This document shows positions 49,888 through 61,512 of a stretch of DNA of 64,000 nt, one piece after another. The translations under genes and the position numbers were made by a program. Under the pieces are notes generated by a model that made no database searches, was not told the origin of the DNA, and saw only the letters and a list, made by a program, of their open reading frames with translations. This DNA is from Pseudovirgaria hyperparasitica (taxonomy: Eukaryota): NCBI GenBank assembly GCA_010093815.1, contig ML996570.1. One strand, written 5' to 3'. Each line of letters starts with the position of its first letter. The first letter of the stretch is position 1.

Positions 49888-52800
49888 ATGGCAAACTTTC
49901 ATAATCAGCCGCCGCAATCGGGCGTTCCCTTTGGCACCACCGTACCCTTTCCAGGACGTCACTTCATGACACAGACACAGACGCAGTCGTCTTCCGAGAA
50001 TCCATGGAAACCTGGTGATGGACAGGTACTTCCACCATTTCAGTATCCAGGAAGCTTTGGGCCACCTATCCCTGACGCTGCCACAGCAGGCGTACCACAA
50101 TTCCAGGCGTTTTGGAATCGTTTTCAGAGTGGTGCTTTCCCCCCTCCGCCCTTACTGGGTCCAAATGGACATCCTCTACCGCCTCCAATGCTGCCACCTG
50201 GACTGAATGCATCCACATCCACTTCATCCAAAGGCAAATCGCAGAGCGAGCTACCGCCACAGCAGCCTATACATATCCATCGGGAACCTATAGATAGAGT
50301 CGTTGAAATGCAAGAAGCCGACAAAGAGGAGGGAGAATTGAGCGAAAGCGATAGTCTCCCGTACGTGCCGCAGCTCTCAGAGGCGCAACCTCGCTCTACT
50401 CCGCAAACCTTACAACATAGAAATATGAAACTGGAATCGAGCTTGAATTCATCTAAGCCTCTGGCCGATACGAAAGCCATACCACTAAAGGGCAAGAAAG
50501 CCTCGCAGGCCCAGGGAAATCATCCCGCAGTGGCCACCCCTGCAATGGGTCCTTGGGCACCAAAAGGTATCGCTGACTCTGGTATAGAGCGCATGGATAA
50601 AGAGAGAGCGAAGCGTTTTCTTGTTGATCTCTCTCGGCATCATTATGGACTAAGTGATCTTACTCGAGAAGGTTTGAATCAAGCGATCCTGGTAGAACAT
50701 TGGCAAGAAGCTGGTTTACCTCTACCTTCTACAACGGCAACTGGTCCTCCAAAGAACAGTGACGACCCCAAAGGTATCAGATCCACGTCTAATTTCACGA
50801 CCGCGAGCCGCGTATTAGCAGATCATGTACCGACTGTATTCCCATCGCCTCAGGTGCAGCTTCCCAGTCCTACTCGGATAGACTCGCAGAATAAAACTGG
50901 TAGTCATGCGGTTGACCGAACTGCCGTCAGCAAAGACTCGGATCCAGTCCGCGGTGCAGATCGTACTGCCTACATTGCTCGTCTCATGGCCGCACGGTCG
51001 GGAAAGGTCAACGGTGCTGCTAAAGTCGAGAAGTCATCTGCGAAGCCCACGATTGTGGAAACTAAACCTGTAGAGAACAAGGCTGTTGACCCAGCAGTGG
51101 ACGCAAAGTCCATAGGACAGACCAATGAATTACATTCAAAGTTGTCCCAAACGATTGGCACTCCTATGGCGAGGACAGTCACACCCGATCCCTTGCTAAG
51201 TATTTCCGAGGCTGAAAAGAAGAAGCGACAACAAAATGAATTGATCAGAAAAAAGATGGCTATGCTACAGGCCTCAAAAGCTGCAAAGTCAACTCCTTCA
51301 TCATCTGCAACCACTGATTTAGATCAAAAAGTGACGACTGGAGCTGGCGAAGCGTTGCCTCAAAGATCAGAATCGCCGTTGTACGGCGATGAAATCGAAA
51401 CTGCCGAACACCTAGTCGACAAAGCGTTATCATCGCCGCACCAACATGGCGAAAACAGCCACAAGACTCATGAGGAAATTGAATTTTCAGCCCAACAGAG
51501 ACACGCAGTGGAATCTCAAGCTGCTACCACCTCTAGTCTCCCTCCAGCACGTGACAAGATTACTATCGGAGGTAGTCGCAAGAAGCGTCCTGTAGCCTCA
51601 GACTTTGACAGCGTTGCCCCGCCATCAGCATCAACTTCCAAACGCCCTTTTGGCCAGCCACGATGCTCACAGGGCGAAGAAGCAATGATCATCGAGGTCA
51701 GCGATGATGAAAGTACTGCCAGCGATATGGATATTGAAGACGATGATGACGGAAGGACATCACATAGCATGAGTCAGAGACAGCACACGAAGTCGTTTCG
51801 CAATATGCCAGCGCTGACAAGCTTCCCACACAAGACAAACCACACTGCATCGACTCCAAGCCTCACACCGTCGGGACTGAACACGCCACCCGCTATTGTA
51901 GCATCTGGAGTCAATCAAGGGAAAAGATATGTTGATCTCACGGAACATGAGAAGGAGATTGAAACCCTCCGAAGAAAAATAGCAGAGGCCGAGTACAGGA
52001 AGCGAGCCAAGAAACCACCACCCTCTCAAGTGTCAGAAAGCGTTGGACAAGCTACGAACCATACTTCAGAAAGCATACGCTCTAGAACACGAGACAATGT
52101 GACCGAAGAACTTCAACTGTCCAATTTTGCGTCGCCGAATCTGAGTGATTCGGAATGGAAGCGACGGAGACGCATTGAAATACAGTCAGGCCTCGAGCTT
52201 CAACAAAGCAGCGTGGCTCGGAACATGGCGCGACTAGATGAGCTCAAACGTGAGATGGAACGCCTGGAAGCAGAGAACCATATGCAGCTCCTAGAGAAGG
52301 AGAAGTTGGTGAACGAACTCGAAAGCCTTGGAATCGATACTGACGGCATGCCACTCGAGGTCTTACAGGCCACCAAGGATGAGATTGACCAACAACGAGA
52401 AGGTATACTTTCCGTAGAAGACGCTGAATCCGAGGTCTCTACGGGAGATTCTGGCACCCGGCGCAATTCAGACCAAAATCACGGCGCACTCGGTCACGAA
52501 AGCAGTCGCGGTGATGACGATAATGAAGACAATGATGATCTTTATGACGAAGACGAAGTCCCGACAGGTTTGGTTGAGGAACCGAAAGAGGTTGACGCTA
52601 TGTCTATATCTAGCGATGAAATTGATGAAGCAGCGTCTGCAGACGAGCTCGACACTACTCAATCCGACCAAGATGACCTCTATGAAAGCCCTACCCATTT
52701 GGTCGCGCTGGAGGAAGTAGAACCAGATAGTGATGAAAGCCGAGAAGACGGGCAAGAAGAGAAAAGTGGCGCAGACATGACTGGGGATCTAGGCGATGAC

Positions 52801-54234
52801 ACTAGGATGGCCATGGTATCGGACGACGAAGGTGAGCCGGAGCAAGAACATGAAAATGGTTCTGATTACGACGATTCTGCGACAAAATCTGCACGACTTC
52901 AGATCGATAATCTAGCTATCGACTTGACCAACTCTGAGGTATCTGTCAAGGATGACGATGACGACGATTTTTATTCTCCAGATCCCCCTCCCGAGGCCAT
53001 GCCGGAAGGTAAGCAGGACGAGACCACGGCCGAGGAACCATCGGACGACTACTTGAGAGAGCTATCTCCGTATTCACAAGAGGAGAAGTCGGACGAGAAC
53101 GATTCCATGGCTTTGTCCAACGACCCGGACGCGCTGCCAGGAGCTGAGCACAACCCCAGTTCAGCAAGTGAAAACCGCGATAGTGCTCGTGAAGAAGATG
53201 ATGACGAGTATGAACCAGGCCACATCGACATTGCCGACCCAATTGAGGGAGACTACGAGCCTGGCAACATTGTTATTCCCGACCCAGAGGGGGACGATTA
53301 TGAACCTGGTGACCACGAGATGTCCGAGGCGGTCGCAGAAAGACCCGACTCGTCAGACGAATATTTAACACAGTCGCCGCCCTTACCTGATGATCTCGCT
53401 GAGAACCCTGCATACTCGTCTTCGTCGTCTTCGTCTTCTAGTGACGTATCTCTGGCTGAGTTGAAAGATTCAAATCAGGGAAATACTGATATTTTAGCTC
53501 CTAAAGAAAAGTCAAATCATGAGGATCTTGCTGGAACGTGTGAGCCAGACAGTAACAATGTAAGGGCGCCATTTGTACTGTCATGAGTTGGGCTCATGGT
53601 ATTCTAGGCCCCTGTACAAGTCACAGCTCCCACAGTTGCTAAGCATTACCAACCCTATGAGAGTCCACTCCGTTTGTTCAAAGCGTATCGATATCACCCC
53701 CATTTTTCTCGTAAGGTGAGGGGTGGCGTTCGCTCTTTGACCTACAGTCATGATATAGATCCCCAGAATCCTATCTGCCCCTTCGAGGCATCAGGGGGGG
53801 CATGCAACGACGGCGGTTGCAGCTTCCAGCATTTCAAGAAGATGGGACTGACTGGTGCGTAGCCGGACCACGGATCTTGGTTCCCTTCAACTTTCCTCGA
53901 TTGTCATCACAAGCTACCACATCCTTCCTTATTTCGTTTAGTCTTTCCATTTGAGGCTTCTACGTCATCACTCCCCTTTTTTTGTCCGAGCGTTTCCCCG
54001 TCCATTTGCTAATTCCGTCCCTCTAACGTGACAGACAATCTCATTCTTCTGCAACTTGGCACCACAAATCCAGGTCGCACTGACGAAGAGCAGAGCGAGT
54101 GGAAAGAAGGTCTGAAAGGAGTCCTGAAAACCCTGAAACAGAGCAAGACCCACGAACTGAATCTGATCGTCAACGCCATTGCCAATTATCGACGCGATTT
54201 CCTAAAAGATCCGACCAGGATTCTCAACCTATGA
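49888..54234 (+). CDS. red1: Red1/ZFC3H1-like zf-C3H1 protein (MTREC/NURS-type nuclear exosome adaptor), 3 exons
   Basis: Long disordered protein with EEGELSE, KRPVASDFD and coiled coils. C-terminal YESPLRLFKAYRYHP..SLTYSHDIDP..ICPFEASGGACNDGGCSFQH. Introns 53560-53607 and 53855-54034. Confidence 0.8.
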
Positions 54235-54922
54235 GTTTTCCAGGGTACTCCTATATCCTTGATAAAACAAGGCCCAATACCCTGATCTTCTCCTGTCTTG
54301 ATTGACGTGATATAACACTCTTCTAGATCTTCTGGCTTTTGTCATCTTCTGCAATGATCTTCAAATCTTTACATCGGCACTTCCATGCCGTCATTCAGCA
54401 TCACAGAGGCGAGACAATACGCGCTCGCATTCGTGTCAAATGCGTAAACATTATTGAGAGGCGTATCTGACGGCGTTATCAAATGATTAAGGGCGATACC
54501 CTTGCATTGTCTCGGCGTTTGTTCGCGAAATGGAGCAAATGCCTAATACGATGCGGTAAGGAGGATCGACATTGGACAATGTGGAAGAGCACCGGTATCC
54601 TTGCGCATCGCAACGAAAATGTGCCAGCAGTATATTTAGTTAGTTAATAATATATATCAGTATTCAGAACTCGATGCATATAGGTATGTGCTACGTAAAG
54701 TGAAAGGCCGCTTGAGAACCCAGATCGATTGGTATGCGAAAATGCGTACGTTCCTGAGCTTCAAGCCGGGTGTAGATTGCATGCCTGAGGCATAATACCA
54801 GACCTGGTCATTTTTTGCGATCTACTTATCTGACCACAAAACAAGTCGCCAATTTCTTTCTTTCTTTATCTCTCACACGCACTGGTACACCGTTCATTAG
54901 CCACGTCCTAGGACCACCGCAC

Positions 54923-57114
54923 ATGCTGGTTCCCCGAGGCCGGTTGTTCAAGGGTGTTTTCGCTTCGTTACAATCAACTTTCACCAACAGTCATCTGCGC
55001 TTGACTCATTCCCCGCCATTGACGGGCCGTACAAGTTCCGCACGTTCATATCAAACCACCAAAACACTTTACACTGGATACCATATTTTGAACTTTACGA
55101 CAATGATGGAGGCCTCTCAAAATACCCCTGCGCAAAGCATTGACGAGCTCGCATCGATTCTCCAAGGAGTCGGCGTCTCGGAGGTGCCCAAGATGCCAAA
55201 CACATATCCAGAGCTAAATCCGTTCGACGTTTATAGGGCGCACATTACTGAGCTGTTAGCGAGTATATGTGACGTGGAGAAGAGCATAATATTGGCGGCG
55301 ATGCAGTGGACAACAACTCTCGAGAAAGGAGACCTGCAATTACCAGTCCCGGCCCTGAGGAAGAAGGGTGTGAAACCAGACGCGCTTGCCAAAGAGCTGG
55401 CAGAGAAGGTAATTCTTTTCACATTAGTCGACAAGGTTGTGACTGACACGTCCTGGCCTAGTTTCCTGAATCAGTCCTCGTAGAAAGGCCGACCGTAGTC
55501 GGTGTCTCACTCGCTTTCTTCTTCAAAACTTCACCCCTTACAAAACTCATCGTTCCTTTCGTTCTCAAGAATGGCGCCAAGTGTGGCTTCAATCCGAATT
55601 TCGGTCTTCGTGACCCCACCGATCCAAGCAAAGGCAAGAAGAAGATGATTGTGGAGTTCTCATCACCAAACATAGCAAAGCCTTTCCACGCGGGACATTT
55701 GAGGAGTACAATTATTGGTGGTTTCTTGGCAAATCTATATGAGGGTGCAGGATGGGACGTCACCAGGATGAATTACCTAGGAGACTGGGGAAAGCAATAC
55801 GGTGTGCTCGCGGTCGGGTTTGACAAGTTCGGCAGCGAAGCAGAATTGGTAAAGAACCCTATCGGTCACTTGTACGAAGTATATGTCAAAATCTCAGCGA
55901 TATCACGAGAAGAGAAGGAAGTCATGGATGCAAAGGAAGAAGAAATCAAGAAACTCCAGGAGGCAAAGGAGCCTACTGGAGAAAAAGAAGCGGAACTGCA
56001 GGCCTTAATTGACAAGGGTGTCGACGAGCAAGCCCGCAAATACTTCAAGCGCATGGTTGACGGCGACTCAGAAGCGCTCGGTGTCTGGAAACGATTCCGC
56101 GACCTGTCCATCGTCAAATACAAAGACACCTATGCGCGCCTCAACATCCGCTATGACGAATACTCTGGCGAGTCCCAAGTACAAGACGCCAGCATGGATG
56201 AAGCGGCCAAGATTCTCGAAGAAAAAGGCATTTCTCACGTCGACCGCGGCGCCGTTCTCGTGGATCTAAGCAAGCATCAAAAGAAGCTCGGCAAGTGCCT
56301 CGTCAAGAAAAAGGACGGTACTTCGCTCTACCTCACCCGCGACATCGGCGCTGCCACTGAGCGCTTCGAGAAATATCACTTCGACAAAATGATCTACGTT
56401 GTGGCAAACCAACAAGACCTACACCTAGCGCAGCTCTTCAAGATCATGGAACTCATGGGCCGCACCGACATCTCATCTCGCTGCGAACACATCAACTTCG
56501 GCATGGTGCTGGGCATGAGCACACGCAAGGGCACGGCGCGCTTTCTCGATGACATCCTGCGCGACGTCGGCGACAAGATGCACGAGGTGATGCGCGGCAA
56601 TGCAGACAAATACGCCGAGGTGGAAGACCCGCACAAGACGGCCGATACCCTGGGCATCAGCGCTGTCATGGTGCAGGACATGAAGGGCAAGCGCGTCAAC
56701 AACTACGAATTCAACATGGACCGGATGTGTTCGTTCGAAGGCGACACGGGCCCGTACCTGCAATACGCACATGCACGCATCACGAGCATCACGCGCAAGG
56801 CACCGCTGTCGCTCGAGGAACTTCTCAGCGCCGATCTGAGCCTACTTACGGAGCCTAAGGCAATGGATCTCGTTCGCACGCTGGCGTGTTGGCCTGATGT
56901 GTTTGTCAACACGGTCAAGACGCAGGAGCCGACGACGGTACTGACGTACCTGTTCAAGATGGTGCATACGCTGAGTAGCAGTTACGAGGTGCTCAAGGTC
57001 GTGGGCAGCGAGGAGGAGCTGAAGAAGGCGAGGGCGGCGCTGTTGGTTGCGGCGAAGCAGGTACTGGGCAATGGGATGAGGTTGCTGGGCTTGAGTCCCG
57101 TGGAGAGGATGTAA
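54923..57114 (+). CDS. Arginyl-tRNA synthetase, 2 exons
   Basis: IVEFSSPNIAKPFHAGHLRSTIIG, NYLGDWGKQ, MSTRKG, GDTGPYLQYAHAR, C-terminal PVERM. Intron ~55409-55461. In-frame ATGs at 54923 and 55103. Confidence 0.96.
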
Positions 57115-60100
57115 GCGGGGCGTGCAGGAAGGAATGCGTCATTATGGGATGGGATTAAGGGAAAAGTATTGCATTTGTGATGTATATTTCTAGATACCGC
57201 TTTGATTATCATGTGGGCGTGGTTTCACGGGACATGAATAAAGCTCGCGTTTCGATGGCATCGCGTAGTATAGTATATCCAAGATGACCTTCTTTGGCTA
57301 CCTGACTGCCTACCGATACGCACAGACCGCGCGACTCAGAGACAAAAGCATTTCAATGGGCGCCCAAAAGCTGTTCGTCCGTGTTTTCACGATCTACCAT
57401 ACTGGCTAATAAGTCTGAACGTAAGACCTATGTGCATCGAAGCCTGATTGTGGGAAGTGTCTGGATCGGTCTGGTAGGTGGCCACCGGCCGCGGGGAGGC
57501 TTCTTATTACCGGCTGTGAGGTCGAGTTATAGTATGACTGCTTATATTATTATGAGGATGGGATGGATGGATGTTATTATTAGAAGATGGGTAAGTACAG
57601 TCAGGTAATAGCGCACGTAGCCGGGTCCCCCGTCGTCCCCGTGGCTCTGCGGGACGGGCCGACGTTGCTTGGTCGACTGGCTGGCTGGCCGGCTCCCCTG
57701 GGCATCATTCATTCGATGGCACATCAGTGTGGAGGACGAACGAGCTGTGCTGTAACTGATCATTAGTGATGCTAACAGTCATGTTTCCGCTCGTGATCGC
57801 TATTGCCACATGTATAGCTGTCTATACTGGGTCGAGTCGACGTGTACTTGTTATTATAAGTAGAAAGTAGACGTGATTGAGGTCATTGAATGTATTCTGT
57901 AATTGTGTATAGAGAACTAAGTTCTGGGAGACAGAGTCGAAGCTATTTAACCGTTTAGACACTAGTCCTGTTTAGGAAACAGTGTCCCTCACTCAAAGTG
58001 CCTTCCGACAACACTTGTGCAGCTCGTGTTTCATGTGTCGTTAGCAAGTCGACGTGGTTGTCTCCAGTGGACGGACGGATGGAGTAAGAGACAGACGCAC
58101 GGAGAAAAGAAAATAAGCTGCGAGATGGTGAGTGCACGCCGTTGGACGGCTTGATTGATGGGATGGAGACGGAGAGACGTATGTACAGTACCTGCATTGT
58201 TGCATGTTAGGGTTGGGATTGCGGCTGACTGCTATGTGCGTTGTGTTGAGGTGCTGTGTGGTATGTAGGATGTGCTATGATGCTATTATCGGCGACGTGG
58301 CTGCGGCTCTGAGGGCGGTGGGATAGATGACTTGGACATTCAGATGACGGATGGCTAAATGGGTGGTACTAGATGAATGGATCCATTGATGACTTGGATA
58401 TTGCACTTGGTCTGGCTTCCCGGGCCGCGTGGTACTAGCGAGACAAAGACTCTGTGACACTGACATTGACACTTGACAACCATTGACATTGACACTGACA
58501 ACGTCAAAAGACGGTGGATTATCAAGCTTGTGCATGCCTTGCTGTTCATCGCTAATATTCTCGCCAGCTTCGACAGCTTTGTGCGACACCTGTCTGTGAC
58601 TCTGAACGTCCACTCCACACACCCCTCAGCACGTTTGACCTCGGAACTTGGTTTAAGAGTCTATCAAAGGCTCCTCCGCATGCTGCGGATCCGACAGACC
58701 GGTGTCGAAGATGGATTGGGCGAGGTTGGAGCTGCACGCAGCCAGAATCATCAACCTGGAGGATAGATATATTAAAATGATGATGATGCACGAGAACGTT
58801 CCCGCACTGCCGCATCGGGATACGAGTAGGCAGGTTTATAAAAAACAGCCTCCATGGAGTAAACGACATGTACCGATACTTCCATTATTCTTCCATACAT
58901 GACTGGTCGACACTAGGGACGATCAATGTTCGAGATCCAGAAAGAGCGGTGAGATTACTACTGTTCGTTATGTACGTATGCACACAACACACAACCATCA
59001 TGGACGCGAATGGATGAGGAGGAGGGAGGGGGAGGGAGGGGAACGGCGAGGCGCAATGCTGGCCGGGCGTTCGGTGACGGAGGTCCCTTGCTCACTCACG
59101 GCGCAAACCACCAACGATAGACCAACATTTGACTTTCGGTGGCGAAGAGCGACGACAAATGCGAGACGTAGGGTAGGATATGCCGTTTGTTGGACTGCTG
59201 CTGGTGGAGGGAAAAGTGAGCAGATGGGCGCACGACGTCCAGTCATCCACACCACCACGATGCAAGCTGCGGCCAGTGACAGGCATGGCAGAAGTTTGAG
59301 AGTTTTTCGAGCGGGGTTGGAGTGTTTTGCATACAGTATCATACAAACAGATATGGTGCAGAACGCCTCTCAGCTCTGGCTAGCGGCTAGGCCCTTATCA
59401 GAGTCCAGTCATACTTTGTCTGGCCTTGGGAGTCAACCTTCAACCTTGGACGGTACTCTGAAGGCTCGATCTGGGATTGCATGGGGTTGGAGACGTCGTG
59501 GCTTGCATGCTGGGGCTTCCTGGTCTACTGTGGATTGTGTTGGATGGTATATTATGTACTATGTACTGCTGTGTCGCCGACTGTCAAGTCAAGCGTCGAC
59601 TGTCAAGTGTCATCTGTCATCGGCCTCGCTTGACGACCAGAGACGGATGTCGATAGCGATACACCGAAACTGCCTCGACTCACATTAATTGCTTTTTCTC
59701 CTCCGTCTGCTGGCGGGCATGACGATGCTGTGTAAGCACTGCGTCGAATCGGGTGCGCGGGCGCTCCCTCACCAGCCGTACACGCAAATAATGGCACGAC
59801 AACAAGCCGGGACGAAGCATTTTCAGTCTGGGGATGATAGGGCATGCCCACCACGCCTTCTTCGTGGTCCTATTGGTATGTATCAAGTGATGCAGCGCGT
59901 CTGTGGGAGACGCGCATGCAGCATGGATGGTTGAAAGGCTGTCTGCCTTGCTGCAGCCAACTTGAACACTCTGCATCAAAAGGAGCCCACATTGGGCAGA
60001 ATCGCCTTGCGCGCATTCCCATCACTCGTCTCTCAGTCTCACTACCTCGCTACTAATATTAATTATTATTACTCGCCATCTTCGCGCATCGATACACACT

Positions 60101-61094
60101 GGACTGACACACTGGACTGGGTCACCGTTGCCTTGCTGTGTGCCAAGCTTCCTTTCCTATCTCTCTGTCCAGGTATAAGTACCGCAGCAAGCTTACAATA
60201 CAATACACATCGGAAGCCGACGCCACGAGCCGGTCTATTCTACGACTGACGCCACGGCGACCGAACGTGTCTGGTGTAATACAGTTTGTATGAGGTATGA
60301 GGTATGATGGACGATGGATGATGTATCCCACTTGCACAGACTTGTCAGCTGCTTTTGCGCGCGTTGGCATGTCGTCCAATGTCGCGCAATAGAACTGGGG
60401 CGCTCCAGGATAGCCCTACATGTCTGGCTGCGCGGGCTTGAGTGCGCTGCGCTGGCTGGCTGGCCAAATGACTGTCTGCGTACTCTGGGCGAGAGAGAAT
60501 GCGATGGTTGGGCTCACGTAGAAAAGCTCGATAGAGCCCTATTGGGTTGGAATGATGTTGTCGTCAGGCCGCGACAGAGGTGAATAGGTGAATGGGCTGC
60601 AGCTTGGTAATTAAAATCGTGTCTAGCTCTCTCTCTCTGCCACGCCGGCGCGCTGCAGGAAGAAGCAGAAAGAAAGGAAGAGAAAGGAAGAAAGGAAGAG
60701 GAAGGTAATAGAGAAAAAAAAGGAGAGCGAGAGACAGAGAGAGAGAGAATAAATTATGACTCTCAAATTCTGGCGATAAAGTGAATAGCGCGTCGAGGTG
60801 TGCAAGGATGCCGATGGGTGGGTGGATGGATAGCCCTCCTTGGCCTGCACCATCATCCCCCCCCCTCCCCCTCCCCGGCACCCTCGCTCTCCCACCTTTC
60901 TTCCCCTCCCTTCCATTTTGCCTCCTCGTCCAGCATCTCTCACCTCTCTTATCCCCCTCTGTTCCCCTCTCTGTTCCACCTCGCCGTCCCCCCTCTTCCA
61001 CCACTCAAAAGAGTCAAACATCTCTTACCCACCTCTTCTGCAGCCAGCGTCCTTCGCATATCTCGTCTTCCATTTCTCTTACCGCGCCAATTGC

Positions 61095-61151
61095 TTCTGC
61101 CTGCTGCTACTGCTGCTGTTGCTGCTATTGCTGCTATTGCTGCGTCGTCGT
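61095..61151. repeat. Imperfect (TGC)n/(GTC)n microsatellite in the presumed 5' leader
   Basis: ctgcctgctgctactgctgctgttgctgctattgctgctattgctgcgtcgtcgt. Confidence 0.75.
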
Positions 61152-61512
61152 CTGTCCTCTTCTGTCGTCACAGTCATCCATCTTGTTTCTCGACGCTCTC
61201 ACTCCTCTCCTCATTCCTCCTCATCCTTCAACGCCAAAATCCTTCTCCCACCAACAAACCATGCTTACGACTCGACGACTATGCGCTCCATTCAACCTTA
61301 GTCCATTGCTTGTCTTCAATTCTGCCCTGTTCGACCACCTCGTCGATCGCTAGCATACTCTCCACATCTCTGTTTCTCCCGTCACCGCTCCCGCCTCGTC
61401 CCGTCAGTTAGCTGCACGCTTTGTGCTATTGCTGCAGGCATATTACTCCACATTGCCATTGCTCACCGCCTCGACAACTTCAATTCTCCTCAGACTACCT
61501 CCTATCTCCGCC

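Noticed and set aside
58978..59688. 236-aa ORF in the long intergenic region
   Set aside because: No domain, composition unlike coding sequence, and it overlaps low-complexity G-runs.
60564..61411. Overlapping Cys-, Leu-, Pro- and Gly-rich ORFs
   Set aside because: By-products of microsatellite and polypurine/polypyrimidine tracts.
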